Of a stretch of 64,000 bases of DNA, positions 38,706 to 51,120 are shown one piece after another. A program made the translations under genes and the position numbers. Under the pieces are notes generated by a model. It saw only the letters and a list, made by a program, of their open reading frames with translations, ran no database searches and was not told where the DNA came from. How positions within the stretch are numbered: the first letter of the stretch is position 1; every line of letters begins with the position of its first letter. Origin of the DNA: Octopus vulgaris (lineage: Eukaryota); assembly GCA_951406725.2 (NCBI GenBank), contig OX597827.1:42656001-42720000 (forward strand). Reading direction: 5' to 3'.

Positions 38706-40415
38706 CACTTGCGTCGGAAATTAATTAGCACTTCTCAAATTTCTACATTTTCTTACATTTTCTTAATTTAATTAACTTATTATCAGAAACAAACTCGTTT
38801 TTAATCAAAAATTTATTAAAACATATCCCAGCACATCACATAATTGTTATTAATCGTGAAATTTAGTCAATATCTTGTTGCTCCTCTTTTGGCAGCAATG
38901 ACAGCTGCTACGCGGGTCGGCATGCTGTCTATGAGTGCCTGCAGGTACTGTGCAGGGATGGCCCCCCATGCAGCAAGAAGTGCCCCAAACAACTTGTGTC
39001 GGTTCCTGTATTGTTGCACACTCAAATCCCTACCCAATCGACTCCAGAGGTTCTCAATAGGGTTCAGGTCAGGTGACTGGCCAGGCCAGTCCATGACCGT
39101 CACCCCATGGTCCTTGAAGAAACCGGTTGTGAGCTTGGCTGTGTGGGAAGGCGCGTTGTCCTGCTGGAGCAGTACTCCTCGCCCCCAAAGAGGTATCCCG
39201 TACTATCTCAACGTACTTTGCTGCGTTGATGTTGCCTTCGACGGCATAGAACCGCCAAACACCACTGTAGCTGAACGCCCCTCACACCATCAGACCACCC
39301 CCACCTTGCTTCATGGTGGGAGCAATGCAGTCTTTGTTGAAGCGCTCATCCCTGCGGCGTCGCACATGGACAGGCTTGTCACTGACGAGACTGAATCGCG
39401 ACTCGTCAGTGAACATCACTGTCCGCCACTGCTGCACGGTCCATGTCTTGTGGGCACGGGCCCAGAGCAGCCGCCTCTTCCGGTTTTGGGCTGTAAGGAG
39501 CAGCTTACGGGTGGCCCTACAGGATTTTAGACCAGCTTCCAGTAATCTGGTCTTGACGGTGGTTGTAGACAACTGCTTCCCTGTCATCTTTTGCATCTCC
39601 TCCGCCAGTTGCCGGCTCGTTACCCTTCGGTTGTACAGTGACTTTCGGATCAGCATCCGGTCCTCCCGCTGGGTCGTCAGCCTCTTTCGTCCCCTACCCT
39701 TTTTGTCAGCTGCTGATCCGGTTTCCTCGTATTTCTGAAATAAGCACTGAATTGTGCGCCTGGCTACACCAAGTTTTCTGGCTATTGCAACCTCCGACAG
39801 CTTCCCACGCCACGAGAGAGCCTTGTACCGTCTCTCCAAGGTCATGCGAGGTCTTGGGCCCATCTAGGAATGAACGATAAAAACCAGTTATTTTCATTAA
39901 AACTATTCATTTGAATAATGTTATGCTATAACAAAACTGCTATGAGTTATTATTCATTAAACAAAGAAGAAAGAAAGCAGAATTTCTCACCTTATTTGAT
40001 GTATAACAGAAAGTTTTGTGAACTGGAAGTGACGTCACCAAGCAGAGTGTAGGAGAATTTGTGAGGGAAAAAAATCTTGCAAATACACAAATCAATTAAC
40101 CTACGAGCTGTTCAAAACGTCTTACGCGATGAGAAAACTTAGTACGGTGTGATTTCGGTCCTTGCGAGGTGCTACCTATATCTATTAAACAAAGGAAGAT
40201 TTGTCTGCATCCACACTCCAAGTTGTTGTTGCACTGCTATGTCAACATCATTAGGCTGTAGACTCTCAAACCGCTCTGCAAACAAAGTTACGTCATCGTT
40301 CTGCGCAACAGTGAACTCGCAACAAAGCAATAGTTCGAGATATGGCCACTAGGTGGCAGCAAATACCTTGAGTGAAGAGCAAATCAAGGGTGCTAATTAA
40401 TTTCTGACGGTAGTG
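38706..40415 (-). mobile_element. Tc1-family DNA transposon, 1710 bp
   Basis: 26-bp TIRs cacttgcgtcggaaattaattagcac / cactaccgtcagaaattaattagcac (reverse complement; 23/26); TA TSDs at 38704-38705 and 40416-40417. Confidence 0.95.
38867..39863 (-). pseudogene. Tc1 DD34E transposase, inactivated
   Basis: HTH, GRGRKR linker, FTDESRF (D1), QQDNAPSH (D2) and SPDLNPIENLW (E, with 34 residues between D2 and E); premature TGA at 39282-39284 (LMV*G, expected W) and a frameshifting deletion near 39190. Confidence 0.92.
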
Positions 40416-40869
40416 TACATATATATATACATATATACGACGGGCTTCTTTCAGTTTCCATCTACCAAATCCACTCACAAGGCTTTGATCGGCCTGAGGC
40501 TATAGTAGAAGACACTTGCCCAATAGCCACGCAGTAGGAATGAACCCGGAACCCTGTGGTTGGTAAGCAAGCTACTTTATTTCAAAAATTTTGCCATAAA
40601 GGCATGATACAGAGTAGCTTGCGCGCTTGACAAAGACATTGATGAGGTGAATGATGATAAGGATGATATAAATGGGAGAAGGCAAAAAACGCCCGCCAAT
40701 TTTCTGCTTCTCTAAAACATTATACTCTTCTCTTTTTCCACAGAAAAAGACAAAACGAGGTAATGAACCTCTTACTTCAGTTTTACAAATTTTGGGACTT
40801 ATAATCCATTTAAGAATTAGGGCGTTAAGCCTCTTAAACACAATAACATGCAATAAACATTAAACATTA

Positions 40870-41510
40870 TAACACTGAGGCTTTTCCACCTCTTGTCGTT
40901 ATTCCGCCTCAACATCGCTTGTGCCCGTATACTCCACCATCCTCCACGCCACATTGAAGACCAAGGCGGGATCCGAGCCGGCATCGCCTGGCCACAAGCG
41001 ATATTCCTCATTGAGTCCCTGCAGCCTAAATCCCACAGACACCGATTTGACCTCCACAGCTATCTGCGGAGGCCATTCGGGATCCTGTGTGAAGATTAAA
41101 GGTACTCCCTTATGGTGCTTTTCCACCACCTCTTCTACCTTTCCGCCTCTGTAAAAGAAGACCAATAGATCCTCTTCCTCCGGGTTCGAGGTAGTCAATT
41201 CTACCGTTGGCGGCACAGTTCCCCCCAACGGTGTCTCTCCCCCTGCCGGTGGCACAACCCCTACCAGCAAGGTTCCGGGACATTCCGGTGCTATGTCACC
41301 GACTGCCGGCAATGTCCCGTTTCTCTTCCTCTTCCTCTTTTTCCCCTTTCAGCTGAGGGAAGGTGCGTCTCCTCCATGACCGGGATATTCACCTCCCCTC
41401 CCTCATCCTCAGGATCCTTCGGTGAGCACCCATTGTTGCTCACCTTCTTCCTCTTGCGACCCTTCCCTGAGGAGTTCTCCGTCTCCTCAGCCACCTTCGT
41501 TCCCTCTTTT
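40870..41510 (-). pseudogene. GC-rich LINE ORF1-like remnant (possibly Tx1)
   Basis: Overlapping non-microsatellite ORFs 40899-41312 and 41291-41539 with P/E/K-rich composition; no diagnostic motif recognised. Confidence 0.35.
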
Positions 41511-41705
41511 ACTGCCCACGAGGGGCTAAACATAGACACACAAGGACAGACAATGAGATTAAGTCCATTACATCGACCCCAGTGTGTAACTGGTACTTAT
41601 TTAATCGACCCCGAATGGATGAAAGGCAAAATCGACCTCGGCGAAATTTGAACTCAGAACGCAGCGACTGACGAAATACCACCCGGCGTGCTAACGTTTC
41701 TGCCA
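41510..41705 (-). mobile_element. SINE family A
   Basis: Reverse complement of the family A core. Confidence 0.8.
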
Positions 41706-42094
41706 CAAAATATCAAGGAACTTCATTCCAATGTGGCATAACCATGTTACTAGGTTAATATACAATGTACTTCCGGGTGATCCTCTAACGCTGCGGATGC
41801 CCGGTTTCGAATGGACTCATCCAAATTTGTGAACGAAAATGACACCGTGTTTGAACCTGAAATACACCCGGAAAAGACTTCCTGAAGAAGAAAATATTAT
41901 TCGATTCGGAAAGGAATATATCTTGGCAATTTTTACCTGATAAAAATGGAATGTGTAGAAGAGGTGGCAGATATTGAGAACATAGGTTTTAATACAAGAA
42001 ATATTTTTCGGAACATTTCCATCAAAATTATCGCCAAGTGAAATAAGTAAAAATTCCTCACTGCCGTTTGAGATAGAAGAGAAAAATTATGTAC

Positions 42095-42417
42095 GAGAAG
42101 AAGAAGAAGAAGAAGAAGAAGAAGAAGAAGAAGAAGAAGAAGAAGAAGAAGAAGAAGAAGAACAAGAAGAACAAGAAGAACAAGAACAAGAACAAGAACA
42201 AGAAGAACGAGGAGGAGGAGGAAGGGTGAAGAAGAAAGAAGAAAGAAGAAGCAGGAGGAGGAGGGAGGAAAGAAGAAGAACGAAGAGGAGGAAGGGGGAA
42301 GAAGGAGGAAGTGGAGGAGAGAAGAAGAAGAAGAAGAAGAAGAAGAAGAAGAAGAAGAAGAAAGAAGAAAAATAATAATAATAAGAAGAAGAAGAAGAAG
42401 AGGAGGAGAAAGAAGAA

Positions 42418-42452
<35 letters not shown>

Positions 42453-42668
42453 AGAAGAAGAAGAAGAAGAACGAGGAGGAGGAGGAAGGGTGAAGAAGGA
42501 AGAGAGAAGGAGGAGGGGGTTGAAGAAGAAAGAAGAGAAGAAGAAACAGGAGGAGGAGGGAGGAAAGAAGAAGAGCGAAGAGGAGGAGGAAGGGGGAAGA
42601 AGGAGGAAGTGGAGGAGAGAAGAAGAAGAAGAAGAAGAAGAAGAAGAAGAAGAAGAAGAAGAAGAAGA
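42095..42668. repeat. Compound (GAA)n polypurine tract with internal duplication
   Basis: Cryptic unit aacgaggaggaggaggaagggtgaagaag...ggaagtggaggagag occurs at about 42206 and 42469. Confidence 0.85.
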
Positions 42669-42669
42669 G

Positions 42670-43260
42670 ATAATAGATGTATACTTGAAGAATGGGAAAA
42701 AAAAATCTCACACAGCTGTCAACGTAAAATAACCTGTGATAGAGTCCCACACATTTGGATAGTGAAAAGCCATGAAATCTATAAAAATCTGTTCTATTGT
42801 AACAAATTCCATAAAAGAGAGCGCACGATATTGGAAAACAGTACTAAATCTAAATCCCAATGGAAGGCCACTAACTTCATGATCCATCAACAGCAAAAGT
42901 GGAATCTTTCATGGAGACTCGCACTCTCCTCCGCCATTTTACTCTATACTTGCAACGGCTCCACCGAGCGCTTTACGCAACAATAACAGCAACAACAACA
43001 GCAGGAACAACAGTAGCTATGCGTATGAAACAGAATAAAAAAAAAAAAAGCAAGAAGATAGCAAATAGAGCCATCTGTTTTATATGGATGATCTGCAAAC
43101 CTCTGCCAGTAATAATAACCCGAAGCTGACCTGCGAAACATTATAAAGAACAGAGAGCTGCAACGATGATATTGAAATGGAGTTCGGATTAGATAAATAC
43201 ATTCAAATCACGTTTAATAGGCGTAAGCTCACCGTAACATCAAATATATACCTCAACAAT
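42670..43260 (+). pseudogene. R4/Dong-like reverse transcriptase fragment
   Basis: DRVPHIWIVKSHEIYK, SGIFHGDSHSP, SHLFYMDDLQ and DDIEMEFGLDK motifs. Confidence 0.75.
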
Positions 43261-43441
43261 TCCACCGAAATGAAGCGGTTTGACTGTGTATGTATGTAGC
43301 TATGTATGTATGTATGTTTGTATGTATGTATGTATGTATGTATGTATGTATGTATGTATGTATGTATGTATTATGTATGTATGTTCGAATGTATGTATGT
43401 ATGTATGCGTATATGAATATGTGTGTGTGTGTGGGTGTGTG

Positions 43442-43701
<260 letters not shown>

Positions 43702-43704
<3 letters not shown>

Positions 43705-43868
43705 TACAGGAGTGTCTGTGTGGTAAGGAGCTTGCTTCTCAACTACATGGTTCCGGGTTCAGTCCCGCTGCGTGCGTGGCATCTTGGGCAAGTGTCTTCT
43801 AGTATATCATCAGGCCGACCAAAGCCTTGTGAGTGGATTTGGTTGACGGAAACTGAAAGAAGCCCGAC
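43702..43868 (+). mobile_element. SINE family B 5' half
   Basis: Family B head through gaaagaagcccg. Confidence 0.8.
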
Positions 43869-44389
43869 GTTTCTCCGTCTTTTTATCGTCTATCTGTCCA
43901 AATGTTTCAATGTCCTCTATTGCGTTTTTGTTTCATTTTTATACTTATATATACATATAGCGGCGTACGTACACCCTTGTGCTCACCTTATAGTAGGTAT
44001 GTATCTAAATTTTGTGCAACTTTTACTCTATCTTTTATTCCCCTCTCATTTTTCTTCCTTTTTCTCGCTCCCTCTCTCTCTCTCTCTCGCTTTTCTTGAC
44101 CCTCTCTTTCTTTAACTCCCACCATTTCCCACTCGTGTATCTCCCCAGTACCTTTCTCTTTGTCTCTGTTTTTTTTTTCTAATCCTTCAACCCCGTAGCC
44201 CCTTACCCATCCTCCTCCTTCCACGTGACGGGTGTCCGGCCAGCCAAGATCTTTCTTTCTTGGCCTGACTGCCGACCACCAACACCTCTTGTGTCCATCT
44301 CCCATGTTCATGCCTTTAGGTTTTCACTCCATACACGCCAGCTCAAATTGATTCGTTCTCAGTCGAAATGCTGCTGATGCTGTTGTTAC

Positions 44390-44422
44390 CACTACTACCA
44401 CTACTGCTTCTGCAGCTGCTGA

Positions 44423-44509
<87 letters not shown>

Positions 44510-44533
44510 AACTACTACTGCTGCTCCTGCTGT

Positions 44534-44616
<83 letters not shown>
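44390..44616. repeat. (CTA/CTG)n tract
   Basis: Direct reading; source of the poly-L ORF. Confidence 0.9.
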
Positions 44617-44629
44617 TACAGGAAAGTAC

Positions 44630-45470
44630 TTGTCTTTAAACCTTTGGCGGGTCAACCCCATCCACACAACCTCTTTCTTCACTGCCACCAAGTAGAGTAA
44701 GTTCTGTCTTCTTTCTTTGCGAAAAGAAGGTACCGCTTTGATCTTCGCTATACAATCGGGGGACAGCTAAATTCGTCTAACGCAGTCGTTCCCAAACATT
44801 TTCGTGCTGCCGCCCCTTGGCACCCAGGCCACATTCCTAGCGCCTCCACCCCAACTAACTATCACAAACATAGACCTATTTTTGAAGCAAATTCAAAGCA
44901 ACTGTATTTCACAGATAAAACTTAACCTAATGAACCCATTATTTTTATTGTTTTTACATTAAATTCCACCCCATTATAGCTCCACTTTTCTTCAACGCCC
45001 CCTTGGAACTTTCGACTGCCCCCCCTCCTGGGGAGGAGGTGCAATACCGCCCACTTTGGGAACCACTGGTCTAACACAAGACAAGACAACAGCTGATCGA
45101 CAAAGCTTATTAGTTGCCGATACATGGACACAGAGCAATGGAGTGCAGGGCAGTTTCGTTGCCCTGCATGCATATCAGACCGGTTCAGCGAGTAGTGCAC
45201 CCATGCCTGTAAAACTTGTCTTGAACAGGTATTACTCCACTCTTACCCACCTGAGGCCCTATCACGCTGAAGACTTTTAGAAACTGTCCAGAGTCTCCGA
45301 CTTGAAAATCCTCCAGAAGAAACCCCTCAAACTGTTCTAGCCGATGCCCAGAGTCAGTCCCCAGATCATCGTCGCTCCTACCCTCAATTAACCTCCTAAA
45401 ACAATCTTGAGTTATTTTCCCGCTAACGCCTTCGTTCAGCTGGTACAAAGCTGTAAGCACCAGGCAACAC
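44630..45470 (-). pseudogene. Tx1/L1-like ORF2 zinc-binding/C-terminal fragment interrupted by a MITE
   Basis: GVIPVQDKFYRHG...C..NETALH..LCP and LYLVAVKKEVVW motifs. Confidence 0.65.
44783..45068. mobile_element. hAT (Charlie-like) MITE, 286 bp
   Basis: TIRs cagtcgttcccaaa / tttgggaaccactg; TSD gtctaacg / gtctaaca. Confidence 0.85.
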
Positions 45471-45509
45471 TTAAGATGTTAAACGCCCAATAAATAGAGC
45501 AACGAGTGG

Positions 45510-45559
45510 AATAATAATAATAACAACAACAACAACAACAACCACAACAAAAACAACAA

Positions 45560-45636
<77 letters not shown>

Positions 45637-45974
45637 GTGATAATAATAATTTCTTTCACATTTTTTCTTTTATTAGAATTTGGGAGACAATCACAAACAA
45701 GCACAAAATGCGTGTGGGACAGGGTTACATAAAAAAAAAAAGGAATGAAGGAGGGAAATGCAAGAAAAATAAAAGCTAATGGTATGTAGAATAAATGTTG
45801 ATGATTATGATGATGATGATGACGATGACGACGACGACAATGATGAAGAGAATAATGACCACCTGACAAAGGAAGACCTCTGTCTGGAGCCAGCCGAGGA
45901 ACCGCGCCAATCCAAAGATCAGCTTGGACGCCAAGTGCAAGTGCCCTCTCCAGCTGTCGTCCTAATGACAATGA

Positions 45975-46025
<51 letters not shown>

Positions 46026-46142
46026 GACGACGACGACGACGACGACGACAAGAACAAAAGCAACAGCAACAACAACAACTACAACAACAATAATAATGAT
46101 AATAATAATAATAATAATAACAACAACAACAACAACAACAAC

Positions 46143-46189
<47 letters not shown>

Positions 46190-46380
46190 TAATAATAATG
46201 ATAATAATAATATTGATAATAACAATGACAAAATAATTATAACAATATTTTGCTTCTTTTTACGTTATTGAATAATTTGTATTTTTAATATTATTATTAT
46301 TGTTATCGTCATCATCATCATCATCGTCATCATCATCATCATCATCCTGAATATTATCATTGTTATTATTATTAACTACT
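45510..46380. repeat. Compound (AAT/AAC/CTA/GAT)n microsatellite field
   Basis: Direct reading. Confidence 0.85.
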
Positions 46381-46708
46381 ATTAAATATTAATAACAGTG
46401 ACAACGAGGTACAAAAGAAAAAAACAACTACAGTAACAAAAGAGGATGATGATAATGAAGAATAGATTTATGGTTATAACGAGAACTCTATGTGGACATT
46501 CCATTTCACATGTGATTGGTGTTGAAATATTTGTAGCACCAAGTCATCTAAGTGCGTTGACATACATAAATACATTACTCTAACAGAATAGATAAATATT
46601 TGTGTCGCTTTTTGAGAGAGATTGGCATAAACAAACCGTTTGAATTTTCGATGATCTGAATTAATAATCGTCATTAGTGGATCAGCCAATCAGAAATTAT
46701 AGAGGTGT

Positions 46709-46757
<49 letters not shown>

Positions 46758-46845
46758 TCTGTGTGTGTATGTGTGTGTGTCTGTTTGTGTGTGTGAGTGT
46801 ACATACATTACTACATATACACACACTCACACGATATATATATAT

Positions 46846-46880
<35 letters not shown>

Positions 46881-47039
46881 CATACATACATACATACATA
46901 CATACATACATACATACATACATACATACATACATACATACATACATAGGGAGAATTCAGAAAAAAAACCAAAAGACAAAGACAGGTGGCGTAGACAACA
47001 AACAGATGTATTAGTATAACGCTCGGGAAGTGAAAAAGT

Positions 47040-47075
47040 CTTTAATGTTTCGAGCCTACGCTCTTCCACAGAAAG
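47040..47075 (-). ncRNA. Hammerhead-like motif (A6U)
   Basis: Minus strand CTTT-CTGTGGA-A-GAGC gtag GCTC-GAAA-CAT-T-AAAG; element about 46948-47147. Confidence 0.5.
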
Positions 47076-47206
47076 GAACACAGAAAGAAACAAGGAGAGA
47101 AAATAAGGAATGTGTAGTGGCTAGCGATCTATCATGGCGAAGGCCGGATATATACTTTCCTGAGTGTGTGTGTATACACACACACATATATACATACATA
47201 CATATG

Positions 47207-47336
<130 letters not shown>

Positions 47337-47366
47337 CCTATCTATCTATCCATCCATCTATCTATA

Positions 47367-48388
47367 TGGTACCGTTCAAAAGTTTTCGGCCACTCTGTTG
47401 GAAAGTCCTCCTAACACCCAACGTTTAAGGTTGTTTCGCATTGCGTTTTCTACAGATGAAACATTGGCCCTGTTGGAGCCATTTATATTTTGTAGAAGGG
47501 GTCCTGAATGAGAGGGGGAGAGATACGAGACGACCACCATAAATGGCCGCGCATATGTTTTTGTCCACCTCACATAAACCAATCTAGTTACACTGTGTTA
47601 ATAAAAGAAAAATGTCTAGAACGAAAATTTATTACGTATAGTTCATTTCAAGAAGTTACTGTACATTGTTAATATGTGAGTGGCGAAGGCGGCGAGCAGG
47701 CAACAACGTTAGCACGCCGGGCGAAATGCTTAGCAGTATTTCGTCTGCCGTTACGTTCTGAGTTCAAATTCCGCCGAGGTCGACTTTACCTTTCATCCAT
47801 TCGGGGTCGATAAATTAAGTACCAGTTACGCACTGGGATCGATGTCCTTGTTTGTCCTCTCTGTGTTTAGACCCTTGTGAATAGTAAAGAAATAGGTATT
47901 TCGTCTGCCGTTACGTTCTGAATTCGACTTTGCTTTTCATCCATTCGAGGTCGATAAATAAGTACCAGTTATGCACTGGGGTCGATGTAATCGACTTAGT
48001 CCTTTTGTCTGTCCTTGTTTGTCCCCTCTGAATGTAGCCCCTTGTGGGCAATAAAGAAATAAGAAACGTTAGCACGTCGGGCGAAATCGACTTTGCCTTT
48101 CATCCTTTCGGAGTCGATAAATTAGGGTCCAGTCGCGTACAGGAGTCGATCTAATCGACTGGCCCACTTCCCAAAAATGTCGGGCCTTGTGCTTAGAGTA
48201 GAAAAGAATATTTCGTGTGGTTTCTCTTGGCTTGAATAATTGCTTCAATGCTCCTGGGAAGAGATGCGTACAAATCCTTCACGATCTTCATAGGTACGAG
48301 ATGTCATTCTCAGTGGTTGAGCAACCACAACTCTTCAAGATTGAGTGAATTCTTCTGACGAACTCTTCTCTTTAGTTCTGTCCACCGG
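47367..48388 (-). mobile_element. 3' end of a second, older Tc1-like element interrupted by a SINE
   Basis: 48208-48388 minus strand: WTELKRRVRQK...LEEL...VKDLYASLPRSIEAIIQAKRNHTKY; TIR-like TA|tggtaccgttcaaaagttttcggcc at 47367. Confidence 0.7.
47688..48207 (+). mobile_element. SINE family A (three core repeats)
   Basis: Head ggcggcgagcaggca..acgttagcacgccggg followed by repeated cores. Confidence 0.85.
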
Positions 48389-48707
48389 TGATGGTTGCGA
48401 TGGTGGTGGTGGCTGCGGCGGCGGCGTCGGCAATGCTGGTTTTAGGTGCTGGCAAAAGCACAAAGACGGGCACACATAAGTACACGTATATATAATGGGA
48501 TTCCACAGTTTTCATTTTCCGAATCTACTCACAAAGAATTGTTCAAGCTGGAGACTATAGTGAAAGACCTTGACTCAAGATGCAGCGGAGTAGGATTGAA
48601 CCTCTTAGCTACGGCTATTCCTACGCAAACGTCTTAACCACACAGCAACGCCTGCACAATTCATCTATCAATCTGTCTATCTATTTGTCTGTCAGCCTAT
48701 TTGTTTG

Positions 48708-48748
<41 letters not shown>

Positions 48749-48922
48749 TTATCTATACATCTATATGAATGTATGTGTGTATGGGTGTGTGTACACATGT
48801 ATTTAAATATCTATCTATCTACTTATCTACCTTTATATGTATGTATGTATGTATGCGTGTGTATGTGTTTATGCAAAAATATATATACATACTATATATA
48901 TATATATATATATATGCATACT

Positions 48923-48965
<43 letters not shown>

Positions 48966-48978
48966 GTATTTGAATATA

Positions 48979-49026
<48 letters not shown>

Positions 49027-49339
49027 TACTTACATACATATATATATATATATATTGAAAAAAGACATCAGCCACCCACACGTTCAAGTATCCTTCTACA
49101 AATAAACAATAAAAAAAAGGCGTAAGAAAAAATCACCCGACAAATACAGAACTGAAAACACATAAGAAAATCACACACTAGGCAAAAAAAAAAAAAAACG
49201 GTAACAATAACTACAAATATATACGTATATATATATATATAAAAAAGATTACAACATAACAATAATTAAAGTTAAAAGTAAAATATACATATATATAAAG
49301 TAACATTGTAAATACTATATCAGAGAAAAAAAAAACTGC

Positions 49340-49515
49340 AGCAAGTTGTTGGTTTAAATAGAGACGAGTGAACAGGCTGATAAAGTATTCGTAGGACGAG
49401 ATCTGAACAGAAGTTAAGTGCAGTGAGGTCATTGGGTACATTAGCAATATGACAGTAGAAAGGATTGTAGTGGGCGGGGTAACACTTGGTAAATAAAAAT
49501 GAACATTGATATGGT
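49340..49515 (-). pseudogene. Possible degenerate Penelope GIY-YIG endonuclease C-terminus
   Basis: Minus strand NPFY... and SYEYFISLF..LN resemble the PFY / R..E..FI..F.P.LN end of Penelope ORFs; frameshifted. Confidence 0.35.
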
Positions 49516-49555
49516 GTATGTGTGTGTGTGTATAGCATTGATATGTGGTGTATAC

Positions 49556-49587
<32 letters not shown>

Positions 49588-49650
49588 GTGTGTGAGCGTG
49601 AGTGGGCATATATGTGTGCATGCATGTATGTGTATATGTAGGTGTGTGTG

Positions 49651-49703
<53 letters not shown>

Positions 49704-49717
49704 GTATATGCATCGTA

Positions 49718-49779
<62 letters not shown>

Positions 49780-49792
49780 CGATGCATATACA

Positions 49793-49873
<81 letters not shown>

Positions 49874-50054
49874 ATATATGTGTATATGTATATATATGTA
49901 TATATGTATACGCGCACGTACTCACATATACAGATATCCTTAAAAATAGATATTTCTGCCCACACACATACTTAAAAGTTTATATAAACACATAGATATA
50001 TCAATTTCCTTTTCCTTAAATATGTGTGAGTTTGAGTGTATACATATATATAAT

Positions 50055-50089
<35 letters not shown>

Positions 50090-50133
50090 GAGAGAGAGAG
50101 AGAAAGAGAGAGAGATAAGGAGAGAGAGAGATA

Positions 50134-50167
<34 letters not shown>

Positions 50168-50312
50168 CTAAGAAATATATATTTCACACACCTACCTACG
50201 TATATATATATATGTATATATGCATACATACATACATACATATATACAAGGCTTTGTTCGGCCCGAGGCTATAGTAGAAGACACTTGCCCAAGGTGCCAT
50301 ATATGTATATAT

Positions 50313-50712
50313 AGGCGCAGGAGTGGCTGTGCGGTAAGTAGCTTGTTTACCAGCCACATGGTTCCGGGTTCAGTCCCACTGCGTGGCACCTTGGGCAAGT
50401 GTCTTCTACTATAGCCTAGGGCCGACCAAAGCCTTGTGAGTGGATTTGGTAGACGGAAACTGAAAGAAGCCCGTCGTATATATGTATATATATGCGTGTG
50501 TGTGTTTGTGTGTGTGTGTTTGTCCCCCTAGCATTGCTTGACAACCGATGCTGGTGTGTTTATGTCCCCGTTACTTAGCGGTTCGGCAAAAGAGACCGAT
50601 AGAATAAGTACTGGGCTTACAAAAGAGTAAGTCCCGGGGTCGAGTTGCTCGATTAAAGGTGGTGCTCCAGCATGACCGCAGTCAAATGACTGAAACAAGT
50701 AAAAGATAAAAG
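50313..50712 (+). mobile_element. SINE family B, near consensus
   Basis: Full-length; preceded by an inverted internal fragment at 50245-50299. Confidence 0.9.
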
Positions 50713-50761
<49 letters not shown>

Positions 50762-50865
50762 TATACAATAAATACATCCCTGCATATCACACGTCTGTTT
50801 TCATTCTTCCATTTCACTCTCATTTCTTATCTAGAATAACTACTACTTAACCATTTTCTCACACC

Positions 50866-50913
50866 GTCTCCGTTGAAGGGATATATAAAATATCCCAGAA
50901 ACAGCTGTAAAAC
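50866..50913 (+). ncRNA. Hammerhead-like motif (U4C, A6U)
   Basis: GTCT-CCGTTGA-A-GGGATAT ataaa ATATCCC-A-GAAA-CAGCTGT-A-AAAC: 7-bp stem II, palindromic stem III ACAGCTGT; element 50763-50977 lies between (TA)n tracts. Confidence 0.6.
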
Positions 50914-50998
50914 CTTCTCTTTATAAATGTTCTGAAATCTTTCACACCCTTGGGTTTTTATCTCATTCTATTAATTTATATATATATATCTATATGTA

Positions 50999-51120
<122 letters not shown>

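Larger units (their letters stand above)
38485..40575 (-). mobile_element. SINE family B split by a Tc1 insertion in its internal (TA)n
   Basis: 3' half at 38485-38705, 5' half at 40416-40575. Confidence 0.85.
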
